From: Macrostomum lignano
Taxonomy: Eukaryota
DNA: 64,000 nucleotides
Reading direction: 5' to 3'
Assembly: GCA_002269645.1 (NCBI GenBank)
Contig: NIVC01001001.1
Span: 62,001-126,000, forward strand
Below are positions 12,596 to 24,262 of the stretch, piece after piece. Below the pieces are notes generated by a model, which saw only the letters and a program-made list of their open reading frames with translations, was not told the DNA's origin and did no database searches. A program made the position numbers and the translations under genes. Position 1 is the stretch's first letter, and each line of letters begins with the position of its first letter.

Positions 12596-13335
12596 GAAGC
12601 GAGCTGCTAACAGGCTCCGAACAAACTGAAGCGCTGCGGTCAGCCAATCTTGCGCTCGAAAACCGGCTCGTTGCAACCAACGAGCAAATTAAAGATCTCG
12701 AGAAAGAGCGTGAGCAGCTTCTTCTCCGAATCGTCCAAGCTGAAGGAGCAGCTAAAGTTCTTGCTGACGTCTCAGCAATGATCAGCACTGCAGTGGATGG
12801 CTCTGCCGCTGTTGATTCTAATGCAATTGCCGATGTCGGCAACCAAGGTGGCGACGCAGATTCTGAAGACGATGCTGAGAGTGATCAGCAAAAGCAGCTT
12901 GTGTGCCTTTCAGACAAAACTCAGGCTTTACGATCGCAAAAAATAACAAAAACGGATTCCAAGCGAATCCGAAAGTTGCTGACAGCTCTTCGATCCGTAA
13001 AAGCTTTCGTAGTCTCCGACATCGACGTCGATGACAAAAAGGAGAAAGACAAGCTCGTACAAAAAGCGGAATCTGGTCTTATCCGCTGCCTTCTGCGGTC
13101 TCTTTTTACGGAGGCCGACTTTCTAGCGACAAATTTTTCAGGCCGAAAAGTTGGGCAACGAGTTCTGGACGCACCCTGCCCAGTTAAAATCGAGGCTGTA
13201 AAGGAATTTTTGGCTCGTTCCAACATTGCTGTAGAGCATCAGACTCTGTGTCTAGCATTTAAGCAGTTGCCGTGCCACGGCCACGGAGCGAATGCAGCCG
13301 CGAAAACAGGCGATTCGACGGGCCAAAACGTCTGA
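12596..13335 (+). CDS. Exon encoding a coiled coil plus a BEN-like domain (5' exons not found; possible frameshift near 13262)
   Basis: Polypyrimidine tract and TAG acceptor at 12595. The frame is open for 61 codons upstream of the listed ORF (coiled coil EQIKDLEKEREQLLLRI). LIRCLLRSLFTEADFLATNFSGRK..VLD resembles the BEN consensus. Confidence 0.55.
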
Positions 13336-14044
13336 ATGGAAGGACAAACAACGCGCTTTTCAGAAGTCTGCGCCGAGTTCCGCATCACACGCATCAAAAT
13401 TTGTGCCTAGTCGGGCTGCCTGCAGTCATAGCGATGGTAACGGTGATGTCGGTCATGTCGGTGTCATGCTGGCTTCCGACAGCGATGCCATACCGCATTT
13501 GGAGGGTGACGATGTGCAACTGCTGCCAGTTTGTAGTCTATGATTTGTGAACCCAGGGTCTCCCTAAAACAAGTACCGCACCGCCCTATTATTATTACAT
13601 GTATTATCATTATTATTCTCAGAATTTTACATTTTGAAGTAATAGAAAACCATAAATTTATGAAACACTTTAAGCTCAACAGAAAACGTTTTTGCGATGT
13701 CTTAAGTTATAAACCAATATTGAATCGATTGCACGAACTTTTGGGATCCAGTCGAACAAGCCGCTTTTTGCTGTCCACAACAGCTTGAACTGACTATCAG
13801 GGGTGCGTCCAGGGGTTTCAGGATGGGGAGGCCCAGTTGGGGCCCAGTAAAAACTGAAGGAGCAACATCTCGAATTTTTACTCTTTGTCAAGTTGTTTCG
13901 TTTTGTAATTCGAAGGTTTTTGAATAAAAAGCATGCAAAGTAAACTTTAAACACGAATTCATTAAACTACACGTTGACTTTTCCCGGCAGATCCTCGTCA
14001 AAAAACTCCGTTGGTTATTCCATCAGAAGATTTCATACATTCAC

Positions 14045-14470
14045 TGTGAGAGGAGAGAAGTGAGAGTAGAGGGAAGAGAGGAAGGAGAGAGTAAAGAGGG
14101 GCGAGAGAAGCGGGAGGAGAGAGTAGAGGTGAGAGGAGGGAAGAGATGAAATGAGAGGAGAGAGTAGATAGGAGAAAGTAGAGAAGTGGTAGAGGAGAGT
14201 AGAAGTGGGAGAGTAGAGAGATGAGAGAGGAGACAGGAGAGATTATAGAGTGGAGATGAGCGAGCAGAGAGAAGAGATGAAAGAGAGATAGAGATGGAGA
14301 GAGATGGAGCTATGAAAGAGGAGAAAGAAAAGAAGAGAGAGCAGAGACGAGATATGTGAGAGTAGACAGAACAGAGGAGATAGAAGAGAAATATGTGAGA
14401 GCAGAAAGGAGAGGCAATGGGAGAGAGAAGTGGAGTGAGGAGAGAGGATACAAGAATAAGTAGAATCGAG
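14045..14470. repeat. AG-rich low-complexity tract
   Basis: Polypurine GAGAG/AGAAG sequence. Confidence 0.85.
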
Positions 14471-14552
14471 AGGATGTATTGCATTATGGATGTAGTGTTG
14501 ACTATGTAGTGCATTTACGCACGAGTTTTTTATGCCATCTGCTATAATCACA

Positions 14553-16571
14553 TGTTACGTTCCCTTTTTTACAACTTTGGTTTGGTCCACTAATAATATA
14601 ATATACTATTCTAATAATAAAAAGTGCACTATATTTTTGGCTTTAGCCTTGGAAAATGTGAACTCATGTTTTTTTTACTGTTTGCACTTATTTGGATCAT
14701 ATTAAAATGCTTCAGGCTACCCTTGACTGTTGTAGTCTTTGTAATCAAGGATTATTGAAGTAGGTGTTTATTACAGATATAGTACATTTCTATGTTACTC
14801 GTATTTTAACAATAAATTTCAACATTAACATGTATATTAAAATAGCGTTAACGCGATAATTGTGCTCTACATAGGATCCGCAAAATAATTAGATTTCAAT
14901 CAGTAGCTTCTTCGGCAGTTTCTGAAACGAAATCCACCCAGGAAACAGCCTAACGGCTGGCGGGTTCTTCGGCAGTTTCTGAAACGAAATCCACCCAGGA
15001 AACATCCAAGTGTTTGGTGGGTTATTTGGCGGATTCCGCACATTTTATGCGTTACATCCAGCCGATTGTCGGCAGTTTTCTCTACACTACAGAGGTAGGC
15101 CTTCTTTGGCTGGTTTTGCAGTAAAATTCCCGCCTAAAAAAACGCCATATTTTGCAGAGGGCCTCCTCCGGATTGCGCAATTCTCCCATTTCTCATGTCA
15201 CCATGCCGTTCTCATGATTCTCATCATGACTCATTCTGACGTCATCTTCCCAGCAGCCAATCAGAGAGAGGGAGTCATGGAAACGACCTTGGAGCGGCGG
15301 CCGCGAGGACTATTTAAGGAAGCGATTTTCGGCGTGAGAACCTCGGATCTTTCTGTTTTTTTACGGGTTTCTCCCGTTCGGACCTTAAGTCTTCCAGTCC
15401 TACTATTGGACTTACTTCGTCTATAAGGCGAACCTCTGCCGGCCCGCGGTCTGATACCGCCAAGTTTCCTCAGCTCCCCTAGCGAGCTCATCTGCCGGCC
15501 CGCGGTCTTTTACCACCCAGCATCCTCAGCATCACCTAAGCTATATCAGCGCATCGCCGCTTCATTGTCTGCCTGTCCGCAGTCCACAGCCGCCGTCGGT
15601 CACTCCATCGCTCTCTCTCTCTCTCTGTGCAGCTGCCGGTGAGTTCCTGTACTAATTTGTGCTTTAATTGCCTTTGCTTATCCAGGGTTTGCCTATTTCC
15701 CATTGCTTGATTAGAGAACTGGGCCAATTGTGTACCGTACTTTGCTGTACGAGCTATTTTACTCAATAGTGAAGCCGCCTAATTGCCTGTTGATTTCGCC
15801 TAAGGGCCTAATTATTAACCATAACTAAACTCCTCATTTTTAACATCTTCACCATCATTTCCCTCATGGCTTGTTGAGCCTTTCTCCCTGGGTGGCAAAG
15901 CATAAGGAAGCTGGGGTAAGCTAATGGCCTCTCCCCGTGCAAAGCCCGCCTGTGTGTGCGTGCTGCGGGTCCGTGTGTGCGTGCAGTAGAGGGAATTAGC
16001 GAGTCTTGGCACAGAATGGCAGCAGGAAGGTTGCAACGTCCTGCTTACGCGTCCCTTAGCCCTGAGCAATCTAAACTATAGCTAGTACATGTTCGCCTCA
16101 CACTACTCTTAGTAACTGAAGCCGCAAGTCCGCCTCGCTCACAGCCACAAAGGATCCCCTGCTGAGAAATCCTCCAGATTGAGCCCAGAGTTCTCGAATA
16201 TGCCCCAAGCAGAGTCCCTGTACTAAGCCTAAATCTCCTGGTAACCAATCCAGGCGGGGCTCTAGCCTCGAGAGGTCTGGTAGTGAGATCTAGGTGCGCC
16301 AGGTCACATTGAGTGTTGGGCGGTGGCAGCTATTCGGTCATACCATGACCGAGTGACCAATTATTGCACCTTGGCTACAGGTGGGGTCCATGTGGGTCCT
16401 TGGCCCTCTGGTCATGAAAGCGCTACCAAAGCTATCAATCATGTGAGCGGGACAGTCTGGTGCTGGAGGTCCGTCAGGTCATTGCCCGGTCATAGGCAGC
16501 CTACGGTCACTGCCCCCTCTGGTCATGCGTTCGCCTCCCCGCGGAGCGGACGGTCATCAAGGGGTGTTACA
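14553..16571 (+). mobile_element. Putative solo LTR, about 2.0 kb
   Basis: Starts TGTTACG and ends GGGGTGTTACA (TG...CA). Flanks TCACA and TCAAA form a 4/5 TSD. It contains a 40-bp direct repeat (14908-14947 and 14965-15004), a CCAAT box near 15257, TATTTAA near 15313, and no convincing coding capacity. Confidence 0.6.
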
Positions 16572-17228
16572 TCAAATTAATAATTAAATCTAATCTGTTA
16601 AATCTATTAAATCTAAATTTAATTATCAATTAGATTTCAAGTTAATATAATTAGCTACAATACGTCTTCCTTTTTATACCTACTTTAGTAGTATTTTACA
16701 TACAAGTATTTACTTATTATTTGTTACTTTCTTACTCGTAAATGGCTTGGATGACCTCTCTGTGTCAGCTGAAAAGATGTACAGTATAAGCAAAGACAGT
16801 AGAGTATTATGAAGTCTGTTTTGAAAAAGTGCCAGTCAGTCAACTCAACGAAATTAAGAGTTAATAAGTTCAGATCTTTTTGTTTTAACACTATCGCATT
16901 TTTCCATTAGCAAAAGCCATTACAGTGCCCAGCAAAACAAAATTACTGTTTCAACCGTCATCTTGTGACGACTAAAGAACGAAGTTCTAATAGTTAATTC
17001 ACTAAATTATTGTCAAGCCCGAGCAAATTCATTACATGTGGGTATACTCGTACATGTATATCCTCTCAACAGAATTGTTATGTTTATGGTAAATTTGTAA
17101 ACTTATTGTCATATCGACCATCAATCGCAATACGCATACATGTAAATTTATGTGCTGTGACTAGAAAAGTTCGGTAAAACACTCAGCACTCAAAGCAGCT
17201 TACCGGAATTAGAGAATTTGATCGCCAC

Positions 17229-19196
17229 ATGGAGACAATGCCAGCAGCTTTTCTGTACTTAGTAACGACGTATTTTGCCCAGCAACTATGTGTCGCCGTA
17301 CCACAGCCAGAGTTTCAAAGAGACAGCAACCGAACCAGCAACTTTCTGGCGAGCGACGAAGTGTGGGTGCCCGGAACTACTACCCTGGTTACTATGCGAA
17401 TGGTTGGAGAGCCGCTGGACATTGCAGTTCGATTGCTCAATGGTCCCGCTTCGTTTGGACAGCCTAAACTCTACCTAATGGTGAAATGTTCGCAGTCGGA
17501 CAGTTTCGTTACAGCGGAGCTGTTTACCGGATTTACTGAGCCCATTTCTGCTACGGGTGAGAATAACAACAAACTGGGGCGCGTGTTCTGTAAGCACAGG
17601 CAGCCATTCTCTGTTCAGCCAGTACAAAGTCGGAGCAACCAGTTCAGGCTGAAGCTGATTGACAACGCCGGGAGAGTTCCGTTTAAGGAATCGCTCGACT
17701 TGTCAGCAGAGATAGCTGTACGGGCCGCGTACAACAGACTCGAGCTGACTTCGAGTAGTCTACTCATCTACAACTGGGACTCTCTACTCAGCTTTAAAGT
17801 CCAGCCCGCCCAGCATCCTGGTGCTGCATCGCAATCTGTGGACCGCGTGCTCTCAGAGGAGGGCAAATCTTATCTGTTTTCTCTCTTTTATGAAGTCCAG
17901 CAACCTTTTTTGCAAAAGGTGAATTTCTTAAAGCAAAGTTTCATTAAATTAGTGAATAACGCGTCTCTTGTAATGCGCAGGCATTTGACAGTCTCGATAA
18001 TAGTTCGCTTTGACGAAAAATCCTGCTCAGAGCCAGTAGAGACCAGCTCGGCAATCGTTATTTCATCTGGCGATCCAACATTGAGAAATGAATCCTATTA
18101 CAAGCGATCTGACTTCTTCCAGCCTTGTTGTGTCTTAAATTTGCAAACAGGTGCTTTAGAAGTAAACGAAGTACTTCTTGGTAATTTATTCTGGCAAGTG
18201 ATTAGAAGACGGAAAAGTATTTATTCAGCCGTATTTTTCTGCCTTGCGATATCTTCAAGCAATAAAGCGATGCGATATCATTCATCTTTAACCCTCAAAA
18301 AGGCATCAACTAATATTCGTCCCCAGTTGATTAACGAATATCGCAACGATTCTGGCTCTGAAAACGGGAAAACTAAGCAGACCCCCGCTCGTGTTTATCC
18401 AAGCCAGAGATTCGAAAATGAGTATACTTCTGTCTACCCAAGCTGGTTTATAGGGACGGCAGAAAAATATTTCAAAATTTCAATTGCTCTCGATGATGTT
18501 CGGCGGCAAAAATATAGAAATAGCGTGGATAGCATGGAAGTGCAGCTCATTTCTGGAATGATTGACGTCCTCATAAAAACGCCAATCACGTGCTTCAAAA
18601 GTAGCAAGGCCTATCGCGTGTTCCACAATGGCACGGTGTGCGCTGGTCAGGTGGGAGGCGACGGCTTTCGAAACTGCAGTCAGTACTCAGTTAGCAAGTT
18701 TTACTCAGCTATCCGGTTTGATGGCATGCTTAGCACTAAACATGCTGGAGTTTACACATTCGCTACAGAGGACACAGTGTTCAAGTTCATAGTGACAGTG
18801 ATAAGCCTACCTTTGTTCCGCACCGATGCTCAGTCTGGAGATCTCCAAGCGGAATCGATGGTCACCGAGCTCGTCCAGCTGTTTAACCTGAGCTGCACTG
18901 CGTTTTACTCCAGCGTGTCACCTGTCAGTCTGAGGCCGTCATTTTTAGTCAATGTTGACTTTAATCTGGTAAAGATGGCTGTCCACGAGTTCACTCAGTA
19001 CTTGGGTACGGCTCCTCAGAAGCTAGAGGTGAAACGTAGCGACGACAACAACAGCAGCAGCAGGCTGCAGCTGTACTTGCCTTACGTGGAGAAGCCAAGA
19101 GTAGAGGCCAATGCGTTTGTAGTCCGTTGCCGGGCCTCACTAACGGCTGCAGTTACAAAAGAGCTTCTTGGCACGTCAGTGGAGTACTCAACTTAA
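17229..19196 (+). CDS. Single-exon secreted/surface protein with an Ig-like module, paralog 1 (premature TAA before a hydrophobic tail)
   Basis: 655-aa ORF with a hydrophobic N-terminal signal-like peptide, several N-glycosylation sequons and an Ig F/G-strand-like KHAGVYTF...FIVTVI motif. It is homologous to 24263-26284. The frame stays open past the TAA to TGA at 19346, ending in AVLLTTALLLATVAQYFN. Confidence 0.8.
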   Translation: METMPAAFLYLVTTYFAQQLCVAVPQPEFQRDSNRTSNFLASDEVWVPGTTTLVTMRMVGEPLDIAVRLLNGPASFGQPKLYLMVKCSQSDSFVTAELFTGFTEPISATGENNNKLGRVFCKHRQPFSVQPVQSRSNQFRLKLIDNAGRVPFKESLDLSAEIAVRAAYNRLELTSSSLLIYNWDSLLSFKVQPAQHPGAASQSVDRVLSEEGKSYLFSLFYEVQQPFLQKVNFLKQSFIKLVNNASLVMRRHLTVSIIVRFDEKSCSEPVETSSAIVISSGDPTLRNESYYKRSDFFQPCCVLNLQTGALEVNEVLLGNLFWQVIRRRKSIYSAVFFCLAISSSNKAMRYHSSLTLKKASTNIRPQLINEYRNDSGSENGKTKQTPARVYPSQRFENEYTSVYPSWFIGTAEKYFKISIALDDVRRQKYRNSVDSMEVQLISGMIDVLIKTPITCFKSSKAYRVFHNGTVCAGQVGGDGFRNCSQYSVSKFYSAIRFDGMLSTKHAGVYTFATEDTVFKFIVTVISLPLFRTDAQSGDLQAESMVTELVQLFNLSCTAFYSSVSPVSLRPSFLVNVDFNLVKMAVHEFTQYLGTAPQKLEVKRSDDNNSSSRLQLYLPYVEKPRVEANAFVVRCRASLTAAVTKELLGTSVEYST

Positions 19197-19713
19197 ACTC
19201 GTGGCATTGTCCGCTTCACGCATTCTGATGAAGATTGGACTTTTGGGAACTTATTGGCAAAACTCTTCTCACCGAGACTTTGCTGCGATGCTGTGCTACT
19301 CACAACAGCTCTGTTACTAGCTACTGTTGCCCAGTATTTTAATTGAACGATTGCCCTCGTTAAACTAGGGTGGAAACTTCACATAGTAAATAATGGCACT
19401 ACTCGATGCATTCAAAACATATAACATTTAAATGGTAGGGTTGGATTGGGTGGTAGGATTGTAACATTGTTACAGATGAGATATTGCATTTCGCTACCCA
19501 TTTTGATTTTATTTGCTTTACTTTTTAGGTCCTGCATGATTTTAAAGGTAGATTTTACTTGTAGCTAACTTTATATATACTTTGGTGTCGATTGCTGGTA
19601 ATCGCGTGCATTTATGAAAGCTTCATCATTTTTATTGGCGCCTCTTGTTTTTGGATAAGAATATCGGATACTATATGTGAATTAAATAATCTTATGGCTG
19701 TTTTGATATTTGA

Positions 19714-19839
19714 CCACGAGTTCACTCAGTACTTAGGCGCGGCCCCTCAGAAGCTAGAGGTGAAACGTAGCGACGACAACAACAGCAGCAGCAGGCTGCA
19801 GCTGTACATGCCTTACGTGGAGAACCCTGGCGACAAGGC
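19714..19839 (+). pseudogene. Orphan 126-bp fragment of the surface-protein C-terminal constant block
   Basis: HEFTQYLGAAPQKLEVKRSDDNNSSSRLQLYMPYVENPGDKA. It carries paralog-2-type alleles (YMP, NPGDK) although it sits next to paralog 1. Confidence 0.9.
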
Positions 19840-20323
19840 GACATTTGAGTTAAACAAAAATTATTAAACCATTTATAGCATATTTTTGTCTTTCCAACGT
19901 CTTCAGACCTTCACGGACTCGAAAATAGCAAATCTGCTATTTGAAGATTAGAGAAGTTATATAAAGAACTGCTAAATCAGGCTCGTTCGAGATCGAGCTG
20001 TAGTGTTTAAAACTACATTAGATAAATATCATTGCAGGTAAAACGAACGAATTAGTTTGTATTCTTGTAAATTCCTTGATTCAAAAAATAAAGAATTGAA
20101 AATATTCGATAGACAAATACAAATTGACGGTTTGGACAACTGAAGTGAAAGTCTTTCAATTTTTAGCACTAAAATACCAATATCTCACCTGGATCTACTC
20201 ACAGGTTTATTAAACATTTTTTACGAAATGCTATCGGACAACAGCAAGTAAGCAAAGTTTCAGGCTGAATTTCAGCTGATCCTGTCTTTTAATTGTATTT
20301 TTTAGTTTAATTAAACACTATCA

Positions 20324-20481
20324 GAGGAGTTCTAGCCTAGTGGTTAGGTTAGAGCGTCGGACTCACGACTGGAAGGTTGGGGGTTCGATTCTCGACCCAC
20401 TCAGGACAATGTGTGTCCTTGAGCAAGACACTTAACTCTGCATTGCTTCAATTCACGCGCTGTAAAATGGGTGCCAGCATT
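20324..20481 (+). mobile_element. tRNA-derived SINE family B (CORE-like central domain), 3'-truncated
   Basis: Head TAGCCTAGTGG...GGTTCGATTC, then GTGTCCTTGAGCAAGACACTTAACTC...CTGTAAAATGGG resembling the MIR/CORE domain. Homologous to 30101-30355 and 36508-36804. Confidence 0.8.
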
Positions 20482-22129
20482 CCGCTCACCTTCACCCAGT
20501 TCCGCCAACTTGACTAGGTTAAGTGCAACAAGCCTTCTCCATCGCTAGACAATATCATCCTGCCACAGGTCAGAAGGAACGTGCTCGATCAAAGTCAGTG
20601 TGAAGTCAACGAGTCATCTCATCAAGCAAGCAAGAAAACCAAGTTTCAACGTGTTACGCTCGTATAACATCATCGAAACCGGAAGCCCAACGTAATGTAC
20701 ATGGGCAGCCCTGCATAAAAGCAGATGCTCAAACACAAGTGACACCGGAGGACCTGGACGGTTGGCGATCAGTGGCCTCCGGAACCACGGACCCCGAAGG
20801 GGGAGTCATTCGACTCCCACAAAGGGAATGGCCAGGGGGCGACTGTGCGCCTGCACGTGCAACAACGTCTTCCTGGCCAACGCTCCAGACGCACCGCCTG
20901 TTCGTCTGGCGCAAACCCAACAGGGCGCCCCTGGAAACAGATGATTTACTACAAATGCTAATTAACTAAATGACACTATTTGAAAATTCACATTTTACTA
21001 TCAATTATTATACTGATTAATGGCCACACTTAATTTCTAATCCCCTATCTTCAATACTATTTTATACTATTTCATTTCAGACCCAGGAGAATAATCCTCG
21101 TTGCACAAGGATTTCAAAAAAGGGGGAATAACATAGGGATTATAATTAGGAAAAGTCTGATAAAGTAAAAAGATACGACTCACCGAGGGACGCACGGGTG
21201 GTCTGACGTGCGAATCGACTCGAATAATGAGCCCTGAACTGACCTTTAACCATCGTCTGATGCGACCAACTAACAGATATTAAATTACCTCTCTCGCCCC
21301 GTAGCAACGTGCTAATCTAATGTTGCTGCGTCTGTTGCTAATCAGCGGCGGGGGATGACGTGTATCTAAAACTCTATAAAATAGACACGGCCTCGGCCCC
21401 TAAATGGGCGCTCTAAAAAGACTTTAAGTGATAGTTAGAACTCCTGTGCAGTTCATTCAAACCCAGCGACTTATATTTGTCCTTTGTGCTAAAGGCACAA
21501 TTTGTAGCCAACCGGTTGATGATCTCGGTTGTAAGATCTTTTAGGCTTAGGAATTAGTTAGAACGGAAGCACATAAGAGACCAACTTGGCTAAAAGTCAG
21601 TAAGGCCTAAAAGAAGACTTACAGTTACGTCAATTCTTTTTTTTCTTCACTTGTCATTTGTCAAATTATTATGATTTTTACAAAATGTTACAATACAGAA
21701 CAGCCACATTCAAAGCCACACAGTCACTTCCACTGCATCATGTCATCAATTTTCAGTTCAAGGGGAAACGTCGGAAGAGAAGTTCCGGGGGGGGAAACGA
21801 CCGTAAGCCGGGGCATTCCCAGATCACGTGCTCCGCATTTTCAACACCAGAGAGGCGTTAAATCGGATGACTTCTCAGAACAAAAGAATAAGGGAAAAAG
21901 TCGGATTCTTCAAAGTATTTTCTTGCCTTCAGCACTTCCGCGGTCTCGCGTAGGAACACAAAACTTATCAAAAAAACTTACCAAAGAACTTACCAAAAAA
22001 TATTTATCGAAGGTGGGGTTGGGTTAGCGGAGAGAGAGGGGGGTTGGCTCATGTACATTAAATGAAGAAAAAATGCATGTACAGTTAAATATGTAAACCC
22101 CCAACAATATAGCAAAAATGAACCTTCAG

Positions 22130-22290
22130 AACAAGAGGCAGAATGGGCATTACTCACAGAGGATTTCTTCTTGGAGGTGACGATTCCCTGGAGTTGGCAA
22201 AACAGCCATGTCCCAAGAGGGCCATGGTCACCGCCCTGATGTCCCTGCGGTTGAGTCCAAGCAGGTGTAGAGTGTTCTACTTCCCGTAAA
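22130..22290 (-). mobile_element. Non-LTR retrotransposon fragment, post-RNase H region (continuation of 23340-23870)
   Basis: Translates LHLLGLNRRDIRAVTMALLGHG followed by a degenerate CPFC. It joins the RNase H fragment in frame once the intervening ~1 kb insert is removed. Confidence 0.65.
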
Positions 22291-23337
22291 AGACATAAAA
22301 AGTGTTAATGTACTACTCACACATTTTATTCAGTAGTATACCAAATAGCATGTATAAAGATATGCGCTGAACCAGACATATTTTAATCAACCAATCAAAA
22401 GAGAGAAAAGTCGGACATGCTATTTTTGGCAACCGACCAATCATGCGTGACCTATAATTGTCAAGTTAAACCCCACCTACGATTCGTCATTTGGCTTGCA
22501 CCCGGTTTGCACCCGGATGAACCAATCAAAGTCTACCAGCTACGGTAACCAATCATGCGCTTTTAGAGTAGACTAGTTGCGCAACTTTCTACCCTGTCAT
22601 GCTTGACAGCCACCGAATCGTGACCCTTTGACATTTACGAAAAAGTGATGGACGACCTCGAGAGAGGTTAATTTGCCTATAAATACAAGAGGTCCGGAAT
22701 GGACCCGGAGCCAACAGTTCTCCGAGAGAGAAAGCTCCGAAGAGGAAGCTGCAGCAGACTTCCTGAAGCAACTCGAGACTCGTTCGAGTTCTTGCGGTAA
22801 GCCTTACTCATTTGCGCCCGTTGTTTGAGACGTCTCACTCAAGTCTAGTGTGACTTGAGTTTAGTTGAGTCTGTTGAGACTCTTGAGTCAGTTTAGACTC
22901 CACTGGTTGCAGTCTCCAGAAGGACTGCCCCTGATACATGTAGATCTTAGAAGACTATCAGTGGTTTCCGGAGCTATTCCTAGAGTGCATAGAGGCACTG
23001 CTAGAAGGAGTAGGCTTATATTATCCCGCAGTTTGGCGCAGGGATCCCATTGTTAATTGGAAGCTTACCATTGGTCCGAACGACAGACGCCGGCTGGCAC
23101 AAGACAAAGAAGAAACCCGGACCAGGACTACAGAGTAAAGTCGGACGACAGGCCTGATCGACAGATCTGGGACGAGATCTACGCAAGATCTACAAGGACT
23201 CAGAAGAAGAGATCTACCCATCCGGATTAAAGGTAATTAAATACCTTCAGTTGACTTACTGGGTTGCCTAGCTACAGAGCTAGAAGTGATTGTTCCTTGA
23301 TTACAGTAAAAGGACTGGTAAGAAGGAACACATCACA
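22291..23337 (+). mobile_element. LTR-like promoter-bearing insert splitting the non-LTR element
   Basis: Four ACCAATCA boxes (about 22390-22553) and TATAAATA at about 22678. It ends CATCACA. No clear TSD was found. Confidence 0.5.
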
Positions 23338-23339
23338 GG

Positions 23340-23870
23340 GGCACTGCAGAGCCCGGGAGAAGGACAGGGGACAGCCACGCTGGATTGCCGGCAGTCAGGG
23401 CGTTAACCTACCTCAGCTCCGTGTGCTTAGATGCCACCCAACTGGTTGATCCGAGTGGTGACAATGGCGGTGGGGGTGGGGGCCACTGGCAGGGGACCAG
23501 TGAAAGAACCGGTCAAGCCAGCCTTGGCCAGGCGATCGGCCAATTCGTTGCCAGAGTGGACCCCAGTGCCCAGGGATCCACCTTAGGGACACCTTGTTGG
23601 AGACGCCTAAGCGGTTGAGCTGCGCGATGCAGTCGAGGACTGTACGCGAGCAGGTGCATGGTGATGCGCTCAAGGGCGTGGACCGCCGCTCGACTGTCTG
23701 AGCGAAGAATAATCTCCTTCCCCCAGACGCGCTGATTGTACAGCTCCATGGCACAGGAGCTGATGGCGAGAACTTCGTTCTGGAAGACGGTTGATCAGGT
23801 ACCGGTGTGCTGGGAGAAGGTTGCCACGGTTCACACTCTAGACACAATGCAGTAGCCGGAGCCAGAGGCG
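23340..23870 (-). mobile_element. RNase H domain relic of a non-LTR retrotransposon (R1/LOA/I-type)
   Basis: ILRSDSRAAVHAL and VLDCIAQLNRLGVSNKVSLRWIPGH, in two frames (frameshifted). Confidence 0.8.
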
Positions 23871-24262
23871 GAGTTGATTTATGCCCCACAAAATTCTAAT
23901 TTTTTTACAACTGTATATGTCACAGATCAACTTGGTCCTATTTTATGGAGATACTACGATGGAATTTTTACCGAATTCAACCAGCTCAAAAAATTTCCTT
24001 TTAAACCGAAGAAGTATATGAAGTAGCTAGGTCTGTAGCTCGTGAGAGGTCTTCGGATGATGCAAACGTTAGATTCGTCCCTCAAAGGGCCATAGACCTT
24101 CCAATACGGGCTCTATTAGCTCAAAGTTAAATAGCTAATCGAAAGTGTCTTACTTTGATACCTAGGTCGTGGAAATTTAATTTACGAGTAAAAGAACCCT
24201 AAGTAACGAGTCGGACTTAGCCATACCTTACGGACAAAATCCCAATTTCATTGAGACTAACA

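Noticed and set aside
13165-13812. CTGGACGCACCCTG (about 13165) and CAGGGGTGCGTCCAG (about 13798) as hAT TIRs
   Set aside because: They face outward, one lies within the BEN-like coding frame, and there is no TSD. The match is probably chance or a lone end.
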